Of a DNA stretch of 64,000 nt, positions 38,851 to 53,269 are shown in pieces. The notes beneath the pieces were generated by a model. It saw only the letters and a program-made list of their open reading frames with translations. It searched no databases and was not told the origin of the DNA. The position numbers and the translations under genes are program-made. The stretch's first letter is position 1; the number at the start of each line of letters is the position of its first letter. Origin of the DNA: the human T2T-CHM13v2.0 reference genome, Homo sapiens; the NCBI RefSeq assembly GCF_009914755.1, contig NC_060937.1; one strand, given 5' to 3'.

Positions 38851-40039
38851 AGAAACAAAGGATATAAGATGTCCTATGAGAGTTGCATTGGAAAATCAAC
38901 ACAATGGATCAGAGGACATTTATACAAAGTTACCTCAAAGGCAGACAAGGTCCCAGACTTCAAAGGCATAGCTGTAATTTGGCTGAATGCATTATCTTAT
39001 TTCCAAAAAGTATATGTCACTCAAAAGCATGAGGTAGCAATCATAAGAGTGTGGGAAAAAGGGACTTACAGAAGCAAAGATTGGTTGTTTCAATTCTATT
39101 TCTAATCAGGGAAGAATGAATCTTAGACAATATATTTTAAATAATAATATTTCATCAGCAAAGTTGACCTATTACTATCTGGGATAAAAATATTAAGCTT
39201 TCTTATCCTGGTGCCAATAAGTATGAAATTAATCTATTAACTTAGTTTGTAAAATGCTCATAAAACAACCTGATCCTACTATTTTTTCCTACCTTATATG
39301 CATAAAGGGAGAGAATGAATTGCTAATATGAGGTAAATGATTCCCTTCATTTAAGAGCTATACTTCTATTTTGAATAAGTAAATTGTTCTTGTGGCTTCA
39401 TAGATCAATTTGGAAAACTTGATTAAGTTAGTTTGCAAGTGAGACATGGACCCATCCTGCATGTAATTATACAATCAGTTTTCTGGCTCTGCAAATACAA
39501 GGGTCAGATCCTGAACCACAGTAAATTAGTGAATATATGAGTGTCACAGTGAGAGACCTATTGAAGGACAACTTCTGAACATTGCCAGGAGATATACCAT
39601 GCAGCATAATCATTAACTATTCAGGGTCAGCATTTATTCTAATTTTGTAGTTCTAGCTTGTATTAAAAATTAGTTATAGAAAAATAGTGACAGGTAGTAA
39701 TCCACATCAACATGCAAGGAAAATGTTTATAAATATTTTTAAATGACAAGATCAATAAGAATAACATAACATGAAAGAAAAATGTATTGCACCTTTGACA
39801 TATTTAATAGCATCTGTGCATGCAGATACAAATATATGACGTATTTTAAGCTATAAAACCTGTATGGTAATATGTAGTTCTTGTAAAATATTTTAAGAGA
39901 GGCTTTGAATGGAATCCTGTTAAGAAAGGAGCAGATAGAATGGTTAGGGGAATATAACATATATAACTGAAGTGCATTGTTATAAAAAATTAAGGACAAG
40001 AAAAATATATAAGTAATAATACATACTTGTATGTCCATC

Positions 40040-41237
40040 AGCTAGCTTCATAAATTAACATTGCCAATATTGTTGAAATCCCCTCCCTAATTTAATTCCC
40101 TATTCATTCTGCAGAGATGTCTTCTATAGTGAATTTTATGTGTATCACTCTGATTCATCGTCTACAGCTTTACTGTATACATAGACATTTATAAGCATAC
40201 TGTGATGCTATTTTATATGTTTTTAAACTTTAGGGAACTTGAACCCATGATATACATCTTCTGAAACTTATTTTTTCCAAGCAAAATTATGTTTGTAAAG
40301 TTTATATGCATTGATAGGTGCTGTGCTATTTCATTTATATTCACTGCTTCACAGTATCTCATTATATGAATATGTATGAAAATGTTATTTCTTTAATATT
40401 CTCTGTTAATAGCTATATAAATAGTTTCCCACTTTATTTTTTCCACAGCAAACAACGCCATGAACATTCAGAAACACATGTTGTGTGCATATTTCTATTT
40501 CTGTAATATACACACTTGGAGTACATGGTTGACTTACAGATTCAATGCATCTTTGATTTTACTACATTTTGCCAATCATCTCCTCTGTGTATTTACACTG
40601 AGTAGTCTACCCACCAATAAAAAGGTTACTGTTCTGCTTTCTCACAACATGTGATATTCTGTTTCCTGTCAGCATTATGGGTGGGAAAATATATCTCATA
40701 ATGGTTTGAATTTGTAATTTTATAATTACTAATGGCGTTGAACATCTTATAATTTGTTTTATAAGCTTTTTATGTTTTGTTTCTGGTGTAATAGTGTTCA
40801 CAGCTTTGGTCCTTTCTGACTGACTTCTTAATGCATACTATATATGGCAATTTGTTGCCATTTTTTTGGCATGCGATGTCAGGATTCAATTTCTTTTTAA
40901 ATAAATGTTTTATTGTTCAATAAATTTAGATTTACAGAAAAGTTGCAAATGCAGTTCAAAGAGTTCCTATATACCCCTTATCTAGTATCTTCATTATCAA
41001 TATCTTACATTACTATGATACATTTTCCAATATTAAGAAATTGACATTGATATATTACTCTTAACTCCAGAAAATATTTGGATTCAGCCATGTTTTCATT
41101 AATACCCTTTTTCTGATCCAAGGTCCAATCCAGGGTAGCACTTTGTGTTTAGTTGTCATGTTGCTAGTGTCTTCTGGTCTGTGAAAGTTTCTCAGACCTC
41201 CCTTGTATTTAATGACATCAACAGTATTAAGGAGTTC
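40040..41237 (-). mobile_element. Old L1M 3' fragments (L1ME-type ~40040-40885; L1MB/MC-type ~40890-41237)
   Basis: Antisense L1 motifs TCTCATAATGGTTTGAATTTG...GTTGAACATCTT and TTTAGATTTACAGAAAAGTTGCAAA. Confidence 0.65.
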
Positions 41238-43022
41238 TGGAGTTGGAGACCTCACACCTCCTGATTTCAAATTGTATTACAAACATATAGTAATCAAAGC
41301 AGTTTGGTACTGGCATAAAAACAGAAATATAAATCAATGGAATAGAATAGAAAGTCCAGAAATAAATCCCAACATACATGGTCAACACATTTTTTACAAA
41401 GACATAATAGAAAAAGGATATAATAGGAAAAGGAGAGTCTCTTCAAGAAATGATGCTGAAAAAACCGGACTTCCACAGGCAAAATAATAAAATCAGAGCC
41501 TTATCTTACACCAGACACAAAAATCACTTCAAAATGGAGGAAATATCTAAGTGTAAAACCCGAAACTATGAAACTCCTAGAAAAGAACACAAAAGAACAG
41601 CTCCTTGACTTTGGCAATTATTTTTTGATATCACACCGAAGGCTCAGGCTACAAAAGCAAAAATAAATACATTGGACTACATTGAACCAAAAACCTTCTT
41701 CACAGCAACAGAAACAATCGACAAATGAAACGTCAACCTACAATATAGAAAAAAGTATTTGCAAGCCACGTCCACATATCTGATAAGAGGCTAGTATACA
41801 AAATGTATAAACAATCTTTATAACTCAATAGCAGAAAAACAACTCAGTTAAAAAATGGGCAAGAACCTGAACAGAGAGTTGGCAAAGAAGACATAAAAAT
41901 GATTAACAGGTACATACAATACTGTGTCATACGTACAATATTGTGTCAATATTGTATGTCAAAAAATGGAAATGAGTTGCCAAATGTAGTGTGCATTAAA
42001 AAGTCAGTTAGAAAGGACCAAAGCTGTGAACAATATTATACAATATCCCCAATATCAGAAAAATGCAAATTAAAACCACTGCATCACCCCATACCAGTTA
42101 GAACAGCTATTAAAGACAAGAAATAACAAATATTGCTGAGGATGTGGAAAAAGGGAACCCTTGTACACTGTTGGTGGGAATGTAGCTTGGTATGGCAATT
42201 ATATAACAGTATGGAGGCTTCTAAAGAAATTAAAAATAGAGCTGCTATATGACAGCAATCACTTCTCTGGGTATATGCCCAAAGAGATGAAATTACCACC
42301 ACATAAAGGTATCTGCATTTATGTTTATTGCAGCATCAGTCACAATAGCCAGGGTACAGAAACAATTGTCATTAATGTACGAATAAAGAAAATGTGGTGT
42401 GTATATATATATGTATTCACACACACACATACATACATACATTTTAATTATGTACTCAAATGTGGTGTGTATATATATGTATGAATATACATATGAATAT
42501 ACAAATATTATTTAGTCTTTGGAAAAGCAGATCATGTCATTGGCCACAATGTGGTTGACCTGGAGGACATTATACAATGTGAAAGAAGCCAGACACAGAG
42601 AGAAGAATACTACATGGTATTACTTATATGTAAAAACTGAAAAAAAAAATCAAAGTCAAATATATACAAATACACAGAGATAAAAAATAAAACAATGGTT
42701 ACCAGGGGTGGTGAAGCTATAGGAAATGAGGAGATGTAGGCCAAACGGTACAAGTAGCAGATATGCAGGAGAAACAAGTCTAGAGCTCTAATGTAATGAG
42801 GATTATAGTTCATGAGATTCTATTGTATAAGGGATTTTCTGTTAAATAAATAAATGTTAGCTGTTATTCTCATCGACAAACATAACTATGTCAGATGACA
42901 GATATATACATCTGCTCCACTATAGTAGCCAATTTACTGTCTACATGAATGCCATAACATCATGTTGTAAACCTCAAATATACACAGTCAAATTTATTTT
43001 AAAAATAATAAAAATAGAAAAA
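41238..43022 (+). mobile_element. L1MA-type 3' ORF2 plus 3' UTR
   Basis: ORF peptide [40 protein letters not shown], an L1MA-type 3' UTR and an A-rich tail. Confidence 0.88.
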
Positions 43023-43694
43023 AATTCCACTGAGATGATCTATGGGTTTCTCTCTTACAACATTATTTTGACAAATTACATGCACAAATATTGTGAATAT
43101 GTTAAGAAATTTACTTGCATTATTACATACTCACCACTTGTTATTAATGCACATGTTATATAATTGTGCATTTATTTTACTAATATACAAGGTTTTTAAT
43201 CTAGGGTTATAATTTATAGTATGTAGTAACTTACCTTTCTTATAATGTGAGTTAAGTAGTAAACTGTATTTTTATTTCAGATAATGGATTGTGGTTTCTT
43301 TTTGCTTATTCTCTAAAATAATTTGAAAAATAATTTGAGTTATTATTTTCTTGAATGTTTGATAAACACTTCTCTGAAAACCATCTGTGCTCAGTGATAT
43401 TGATGGATGGATGCTAAACTAGAAATTAAATATGTGTAACAGTCGTAAAACAATTTATGTGTTCTATTATATATTGAGTATTATTAAATAATTATGCTAT
43501 TTTATAAAATGCTTTTCCAAGTTTTCAAATTTATTATTTTTATTACATTTTAACCTGAAATAATACCTCTCACATTATTATTATTGTTACTTGTACTAAT
43601 TTATATCTCAATTTTTCTCGATCAGTATTGTTAAAAGTTTGTCTATTAAATATGTTTTCAAAGATTTAAATATTTATTATATAAAATCTCTCTA

Positions 43695-44478
43695 CAGACA
43701 GACCTCAGAGATATTGTGAGTTTGGTTCCAGACCACTGTAAGAAGCAAATGTTGCACTAAAGTCGGTTACATGGATGTTTTGGTTTCTCAGTGCATCTAA
43801 AACTTATGTTTACACTATACTATAGTCTATAGAGTGTCAAATAACATTATGCTTAAAAAATGCACATACCTTAGTTTAAAAATGCTTTATTTCCCCCCCC
43901 AAAAATAATGATTATATGACCCTGTAGCCAGTCATACTCTTTTTGCTTATGGAGGGCCTTGCCTTGATGTTGATGGCTGCTGACTGATCAGGGTGGTGGC
44001 TGCTGAAGGTTGGGGTGTCTATGACAATTTATTAAAATAAAACCATGAAGTTTGCTGCATCAATTGACTCTTCTTTTTACAAAAGATTCCTTTGTAGCAT
44101 CTAAGGCTGCTAGCATTTTATCCACCATAGAATTTCTTACAGAATTGAAGTTAATCCTTTTAAAACCTGCCACTGCTCTATCAACTAAGTTCACTATCTT
44201 ATATTGACATGATGTGGTGTCCAAAAACAATTACCAAAGTAGTATCAATGATCACTGATCCCAGATCACTATAGTAAATTTAATAATAGAAAAAAACTGT
44301 AAGTATTGGGAGCATTAACAAATGTGGCACAGAGACACAAAGTGAGCACATGCTGTTAGAAAAATGGTGTTGATAGACTTTCTTAATGCAGGTTTGCCAC
44401 TCTACTTCAGTTTGTAAAACATGCAATACTATATGCTAAGTCCAATAAAATGAAGAGCAATAAAGTAAGGTATGCCTG
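43695..44478 (-). mobile_element. Tigger1, internally deleted
   Basis: Both termini present (CAGACAGACCTCAGAGATATTG... and ...AAGGTATGCCTG), each flanked by TA. Confidence 0.88.
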
Positions 44479-46906
44479 TATTTTATATTTGTATTGTATT
44501 ATATTAATATCTGTTTGGTGTTTTTTATTTTTTCTCTTTTTTTTATTATGCAAGTAATGCAAAATACTCTTTAGTTTTGATATTTAGCTTATTAATTTTA
44601 TTCTTTAATTGTTCATGAAGGCATGTGAATGATTTTAATATCATTCTCAATACTATGTTGGCCACATTGTTCAGCATAATTTATCATGCTTTCTTTCACT
44701 AACTGGTTACTTAAAAATATGTCTATATATTAGTAACTATTTTTTGTTTTTGTTTTTATAGTTATTGCTGTCATGGATCACTACTGTAGTCACATTATGT
44801 TGAGAAAATACAGTCTAATTCTTTAAAATTTATTGAGACTCACATAGTAGGTAATCAATTTTTATAATTTCTGTGTCAGAAAAAATGTGGATTATATTAT
44901 TATAGTATGTAATATCCTCTATGAACTCCCAATAATGTTTGTTCATTTGATTGTTCAATCTTCTGTGGAAACTCTTCACGTTGGTACAAATTTTTTGGTT
45001 TTGTATTCACTTGATCTATAAATTACAGACATATTACGTAAAGTCTAACCAATATTGTGGCTATTACAATGTCCATTGTGTTTTCATTATTATTTGATTT
45101 ATATATAGTTTAACAGTTTTTATTAACATAAAACATACAAGAAATGGGCAAATCATAAGTATGTAGCCCATTGAAGTATCAAAAAGTTGTTAATATCTAA
45201 TCATCAAACATATTAATAATAGAATATTACCACTCCCACAGAAGCCCACACACCACTTCTAAAAAGGAACCGCTATTCTGATTTCAGTTGCATAGGCTAT
45301 TTTTGCCTGTTTTATGAAATTCATAGATTATGCATTCTTCCGTGGCTTGACATATTATATTTGTGAGACTCTTCGGTGTATTATATGGCAATAATTAATT
45401 AATTTTAAATTTTGTATATTATTTCAACAGTAAATGGCTTGATATACCATAGTTTATTATTTTGCTGAAGAGAAGAGCTTTCAGCTAGTACGCATAATGC
45501 TGCTATAAACATTCCTTTAAATATCCTTCAGTGCACATACACATGCGTTTTATTTAGTTAATAGGTGACAGATTATTAAAATGTTCAAATGTAATAAATA
45601 TTGTCAATTAGTCTCTAAAAGTGACTTTTTAAACTTCATTTCTACCAGGAATATACGAAAATTCTCATTATTTCCCATCCTCACTGATACTTGGTACTAT
45701 CATTCTGTGTAAATTTTCAGTATTCTGATGGGTGTTTTTTTATTCCAATGGATTTTTTTAAATTTTCCTGAAGATTAATGATTTTGAGCATATGTTTGAA
45801 ATATTTGTTGCCTTCTTAGATTTCCCCTTATGTGAAAAGCTTGCTCAACATTCTCCTAATTTTTTTGTTTGGGTTGTCCACTGGTTTAAAGGAGCCCTAG
45901 CTTTATTCTGGTTATAAATTTTTATTGGATAAACGTGTGGCAAATACCTTATATTACTTCATGGCCCGTTTTGTGATTCCTTTGGGGTTGTCTTTGAGGA
46001 ATTAATATTTCTAATAAGATTTCTTCCCAGTGTCCAGTTTTGGTTTTAAGTATTTTTATGTTTGTGCTTCTGCTTCTGAAAATTAATATTTGATTCATTT
46101 ATTCTAAAACTATGTTAAAATTAAATATATTTTTAAACTGTCATTTCATGCTGGTATACTCAAACTTTGCCATATCATAATATTCTTTATAACTAGTAAC
46201 ATTTTGCCACAATTAAGGTATATGTCACTTTGTTTAAAAACACTTAAAAAATTGTGCTGTACTTTTTAACTCTTAAAAAAGAAACTCTGAACATCTTTTG
46301 TTTTAATTGGAGAACTTTTCATTTTATATTTATATTGGTTATTGATGCATTTGAATTTTCTGTAAATTTGAGCTTTTGTTATAAAAAATGAACATTATTA
46401 TTATCAGTTCTTTGCACAATGGGTAAATATTAGAATTATACACCTTTTATTTTCCCACCATTTTGTATCTTACACCTTCTATTTAGGATCAATTATCAGT
46501 TTTCTAAAGTAATTATTAATCTATTGACAACATATAGTTATAGTTAACGAATTACTTTTGGAAAGGCCTTTCCTATGCCCTCATAACTGAAGATTTTTTT
46601 AACCTAGGGGTAGACTTTCAGTTTTACAGTTATTTTCTTTTCACAATTTGAAGAATTTATTTCAGGCTTTTCTATTGATCTTGCAGATTCTCATGTTACA
46701 TCCTTTATTGTTCTTTGTACATAGTATTAATTTCACTGGTTATTTTAAATATATATTTGTTTTAGTATATTTTGGGCAGTTGTCAGATTTTTTTTTTTAA
46801 TTTCTTTTCGTGTATTTTGCCTAGCTTTTGGTGTGTTTTCAGAATTTAAGGTTTAGCGACTTTCATCAGCGTAGAAAATTCTCAGTAATTTTCTCATCAA
46901 CTGTGA

Positions 46907-47316
<410 letters not shown>

Positions 47317-49939
47317 TTCTTTTATATTTCTTTGTTGAATTCTTGTTAAATTCTTCATATTAGTTTTTTTTTCTGTTTATTAATGTTCTTTGGCTCTGTC
47401 CAGGTTGCATTAACCCTATCTATTTAACTTTAGAAAATCTCTCTCCCTGTCTTTCTCTGTAGTCAGGTAGGCAGATAGATAGATTTAGGTTTAATTATAC
47501 ATATAGATATTTACATTCACATAATTTCTAGAAGTTATGTGGTACTTTTTAAAATCATGCTTGATTCTTTTGACAATATTTTATTTCTGGATTATATTTC
47601 TATTTATTTTTTGCCTTTTAAATTAAGTATTTAAGCATCAGTATCAATTATCTCCATATCTGAAGCTGCCTAGGCCCAAATTTTGACTTTTGGGGGAATT
47701 ATGCTATGCTTATATTTAACATGAATTATTCTAGGCAGCATTTGTATTTGTTTCTGACAGCAACCTGAGGTGCCATTAACCAGGGATCACTTTAAATTTA
47801 TATTTCATACTAGGGGATCTTGAACCAAGCATCAGTATAAACTCAAATGCACAAGGCAATTCTGTGACTGGAAAACATACATATATTTGCCAGTTCCCAG
47901 GGCAGAATTATTTTGTCCTATTTGGAACGGAGGCCAAGATAGTTAATTAAACACACTGTCTTTGTATGTGGGCTGATTTTTTTTTTCCTTTTTTTCCCAG
48001 TCTACCCTGTCACAGGCTGTGCAACCCTCCAAGCCTCTGGCTGCTTGTGGAAGTCTTGGTTCCTACCTCACTTTGACAAGGGTTTACTCCTTTTCAGTGG
48101 TCTCCACATGACCATAAAAATCCCTAACGTTTAGTTTTACAATCAGCAAATGTCCGTAGGATGGCTCTGAATTTGCTTACATGTATAATAGTCATTTTTA
48201 TTCCACTTTTGTCTCCAGGAATTTCTTTTTTTTTTTGAAGTTTAGCCATCATTTGAAAATATTTCATTTTTCCTAGTATGAATGACTAGGTTTGATAAAG
48301 CAGGGAAGCTTCTAAGGACATTAATTCAAGAATATTTTTGCATTGCAAATACATTATTACCCTTGTAGGAAGTAGCATTTCCTCCAGCATTTTAGCCAAC
48401 TGAAAACATGCAGCGTTTGAAAGATCACGTATTTTAACATGTTGTATTAAAAATTAACAAGGAAAGAAAAATACATAGTTGTCCCGTGAAGACAGTAGGA
48501 TACCATGTGAAGAACACTCACTAGAAACGGAATTAATCCCCACCCAGAGAATTTCCTCTACATTATGCCGACAGGTGGTAATTCAATAGTCAGAAAATCT
48601 ACAAAGTGACAATAAAGCACGTGTAATTTTGAAAAAGTTCTCCTTGTGAAAAATGATTCCTTTAGATTGATTGCATATCTGATTGCCTGAATGAATATAC
48701 ATAGAAATACATATTTTTCTTTCCTCGTTTATTTTTTAATACAACATACATATGTATAGATAGAATTGTATAGTGAGTCTGTATACATTACTCAGTTTCA
48801 TCAATTGTTATCTTAATGGCCAGTCTTGATTCCTTTATTTACAATTAATTCACTTGTTCTTAAATATTTTGAAGCAAATCCTACAAATATTTAATCCACT
48901 TGTATTTCAGTATGCATCTCTATGAAAGAAGGATTCCTTTCCAAAAAGCATACTCATATTATCGTTATAAACTCCTTTTGCAAACTTGTGCTGAAGGAAT
49001 TCTGTCATCTACCTATCCATCTACCTACCTACCTATCAATCATCCATCTGCTATAACATTGACCAAATAGCAATAACAACAGGGAATCAGATATGTTATC
49101 AATCTAAAGGAATTCTATTCCACAAGGAAAACTTTTCCAAAATTACATGTGCTATATTGTCACTTTGTAGGCTTTCTGACTTGTGGATTACTGAGGAAAT
49201 TCTCTGAGTGGGGATTAATTCTGATTCTGGCGTTCTTTGCATGATATCCCATTGTCTTCACTGGACAACCTAATGGGCCAAGTTGGTGGTAAAAGTGAGA
49301 TTATCCATCAAACGAGTGAAGAATGTTATTGAAGATTTCCAACTGGAAATCACATGCACTAAGTTATAATCATTTCTGATTTTGACTTTTAGGTATTTTA
49401 TGTAGAAGTTACACAGTCATGAATTTTTAAGTTGAAAACTTAATGTGAAGATATCCTTGCTTTCTGAAATAAGCCTATTCTAATTATAATTATAACGAAT
49501 AAGTCCTATATCCATATGTATCTGCTCTACAGATATTTGTCAGGTGCAGCTTGGATGCAAGTTTTTATTCTTTCTCCAGCATATTTACTTCAAGCAATAC
49601 TTTCAATTGCCATATTAATTTTAATGTGATTTGTAACATAAAAACAACTTTCCCCCTACTTTAGTTCCTCTTTGATGTATTTGTGATTAACCACTGTTTC
49701 CAAATGAATGCATCTGAATGAGAGAAAAATGAGATGTAATTGTTCTGCTATATTGCTGTCATTGCTATGTCACATATTTAACATAATCTTAATCCATTCG
49801 ATGTTCCAAACACTAAGTCCAACAATATCATTTTATTATTATAAACATCATACAATACACATGTTAACAATTGCCTCATTGTTACAAAATGTTCTTCTGC
49901 CTATCTATGTGTCTATAAATTTTATATCTATACATGCAA

Positions 49940-50080
49940 ACCTATATATATATACACATACATACACAACTAAATATATGTGTATACACACACTACTATA
50001 TATAGTACATACAGTGTGTATATATATATAATGTGTGTACATATATATAGTGTGTATATAGTATATACATATATAGTTAC
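49940..50080. repeat. (TA)/(CA) low complexity
   Basis: Directly visible. Confidence 0.8.
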
Positions 50081-50381
50081 AACCTCTGCCTGAAACTAAC
50101 CATCTCTTTCATTCTTTAGGTGTCAAGTTATTATTTTACTATATATGTACATGCTTTAGCAATTATGCTTTATCCAAATTTCCCTTTTTACTAAGTGTGA
50201 AGATAGTTTCAATGCCTGTCATTAATCTCTCCTAATCTCATTTGAACATTTTTAATATTTCCCATTTATAAAGTTTCAAATTTATAACTATATGTTATCT
50301 TTCACCAGTCAATACTCATAGCCATAACACTTACCTAGATAACCCCTAATTCAAATTCAATTCGTATTCTACTTATCTTTT

Positions 50382-50645
50382 TTTTTTTTTTTTTTTTCTT
50401 TTGAGACGGAGTCTCGCTCTCTCGCCCAGGCTGGAGTGCAGTGGCGCAATCTCGGCTCGCTGCAAGCTCCGCCTCCCGGGTTCAGGCCATTCTCCTGCCT
50501 CAGCCTCCTGAGTAGCTGGGACTACAGGCGCCCGCCACCACACCCGGCTAATTTTTTGTATTTTTAGTAGAGACGAGGTTTCACCGTGTTAGCCAGGATG
50601 GTCTCGATCTCCTGACCTCGTGATCCGCCCACCTTGGCCTCCCAA
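50382..50645 (-). mobile_element. AluY, 5'-truncated
   Basis: Y diagnostics present; stops at CCTCCCAA. TSD c(g/a)tattctac(t/c)tatctttt at 50363-50381 and 50646-50664. Confidence 0.95.
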
Positions 50646-50829
50646 CATATTCTACCTATCTTTTAAGATCTTAATAAGGTTCTTTTTTCCCCATGAATTT
50701 TACATTTATCTACTCAACTACCAACAATCCCTTTATTTTCCGAATTTTTTAAATCCTGATTTTATGATCTACTTTTCTTAGCTTAATTTATAATACTGAC
50801 ATCACATTATTTGTAGCTGATTTGCTATA

Positions 50830-50970
50830 CCTAAAACATTAAAGGAATTGTAAATTCATTACAAAGTTATGTATTATCTGTTTTCATATCTGTATCTACT
50901 ACCAATGCCTCACAAGTGCCTTTAAAAAGCCTGTTCATAAGATATATATCAATAAATACTTGTTAAATTA
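50830..50970 (+). mobile_element. L2 3' end
   Basis: CAATGCCTCACAAGTGCC...TCAATAAATACTTGTTAAAT. Confidence 0.5.
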
Positions 50971-52614
50971 CATTGGCTTCAGAGACTAACACTTTTCTCA
51001 ATAATAAAGGCCATTTTTTACCTATTTTACTAACTTTGCTGACACAAGTAAAGCTTTAGCTTTCTTATTCGGACAATGCAAATTTATTTAAGTGTATGTG
51101 AGTTAACTCATGGTGATCAATACAGATTCAATTGAAGTGAATAAGGGAATTTGTAAGACAGAAATAACTAGATTGAATGTTAAATTTCTCTCAATACTCT
51201 TAACAGTTATTTGCCATCCATTTCCCTTAAGATTATCAAGTTAGAAATACCTTTATTACAACAAATTGCATAGTATCCACAAACATTCAGAAATGTGCCT
51301 TTTCATTTGATCCTAAAATTAGGATAAACTCTACACTGTTTTGTATATAGAAAAACATATTGGCCTCATTAAGATTAGTAATGAGAATTGATTTTACAGG
51401 GTGTAATCTGAATTTTATGCATGTCATTCTAACTGGGCTAATGAAATGATTTTGGTTGCCAGAAGCATTGCAGCCTGGCTATCTGAAGTGCAGCATTTTA
51501 CATGAGCTGCCAGAAATAAAAGCATTCATTTGCACTTCTAGACAGAAAATGTGGGTGTCTACAGACTGCCATACAGAACTAGAGAAATCCAATTGGACAA
51601 TAAAAAACTTTAAAGCATCTCTCCAGATGGCTGAGCTGCTGTTCCTTCACGTGGAACTGCAACACCCTACTTTAGGTGATGGCATTTCTGCCTGTGTATG
51701 AAAATTCAGAAAAGAAGTTTAGAATTCAAAGAACAGTATTCGGCTATGTTGGTGATCAATATTTTTAGCTTGATTTTTTTAGGTGTGAAATTTATCATAC
51801 CCCTGATGACAGGAATATATAAGTTTCTTCTACTAACTGAGTAAATATTAGCATTCCTTACAAACAGCAGCAAATATATCTAATGGCACACAAAGGAAGA
51901 AAATATGGCAAAGAGATACTATGACTGATATATTGACAGTCAATAGTATTTTTTAGGAGGAATAAATTGAAGATTTCTTCCTTGTGTTTTGTATGATAAA
52001 AATTACTTGGGTGTCATTTTAGCTTTTATAAAAAATGACTAATGGCTATACAACTATTATTCTCAGGAATCATCTGAAATGGCAGCCAATAGCTTCTGGA
52101 TATATTAGATTTTTATTGGTGTACAGATGTGTATAATTACTGCCTTGCTTCGCTTGAATAGAAGCCATCTGTTTATCTTAGGATGATTAGAACATTTAGC
52201 AAATTTAGTTACTTTAGCAGAATCTGAATTCTGGTTTTTTTTTTTATTTTTTATTTTTCACTTCATGTGATTTAAGTGACCATTATGAGAAAGACTCCCT
52301 GGATACTTTAACTTCAAAAAAACCTTGAACTGTGAAGAAACATACTGGCATTGACAAGTAAAAATGTTTTTTTCTTACAAAGGCTGTATTAAATTCATTT
52401 TGCTAAAATGTTATATTAAATACATATTTATTCTACATATATTAAACAGATCAATTTATTCAATGTTATACATTAATGGTGAGCTTTATTAATTCCTTTG
52501 GTTTTATATCTACTCTGCAAGAAATGAAAACTTGTCCTGCTTCCATCTTTTAAGGTGGCAGACCATTTTGATTTTCTGATATTGATTGATCCTTGAATTT
52601 GTAAAAATAATTTT

Positions 52615-52616
52615 AT

Positions 52617-52649
<33 letters not shown>

Positions 52650-52667
52650 CATATACACACACACATA
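52615..52667. repeat. (CA)n/(TA)n microsatellite
   Basis: Directly visible. Confidence 0.9.
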
Positions 52668-52674
52668 AAACATT

Positions 52675-53095
52675 GCTTGTTCCAGTTATCTATTACTCCA
52701 CAGTGACATAGCCCACAAGGTTAAGTAACAAGTATTTAAATATATCTCAACATTTCGTAGGTTGGGAATTTGAGAAAGGTTCTGCTGAGTAATCCCTATA
52801 CTTCAAATGGTGCCAACAGACATTTGGTGGCATTTGTCTGGAGGATAAATTGAACCTGAGGCCCAAGTTGGTTTAACTAACATTCATATTCTGGTGACTT
52901 TGTAGGGATGTTTGCAAATCTGGAGCTACCATTGGAGCATCTTCACTTGGCTTTTTATGTATCTTGGGCTTTCTCAGAGCATGTTGCCCTTAGTGGGTAT
53001 TTCAGTTTCTAATATGTCAGCTCTTGTTTCCAAAAGAGCAACAGTAGTATGTAGTTGCTAATATTCTTAGAGTTGTCAAAATGTTACCTTAACCT
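52675..53095 (-). mobile_element. Old MLT1 LTR
   Basis: CCAGTTATCTATTACT...GTAGGTTGGGAATTTGAGAAAGG...CTTGGGCTTTCTCAGAGCATG motifs. Confidence 0.55.
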
Positions 53096-53269
53096 TTTCC
53101 AGGGTACGATGCTTATCCTATTTTTAAAATTTATTAATTTTTATTTTTCATAATCATTGGTTAAATTCACCAACAAATTCTGTTAATATCTGAGCTTCAG
53201 TTGTTTGGTTTTGCTATTGTTGCATTTCATTCCTTCCTTTGTATGCCTTTTTATTCTTGTAGAAGTAAC

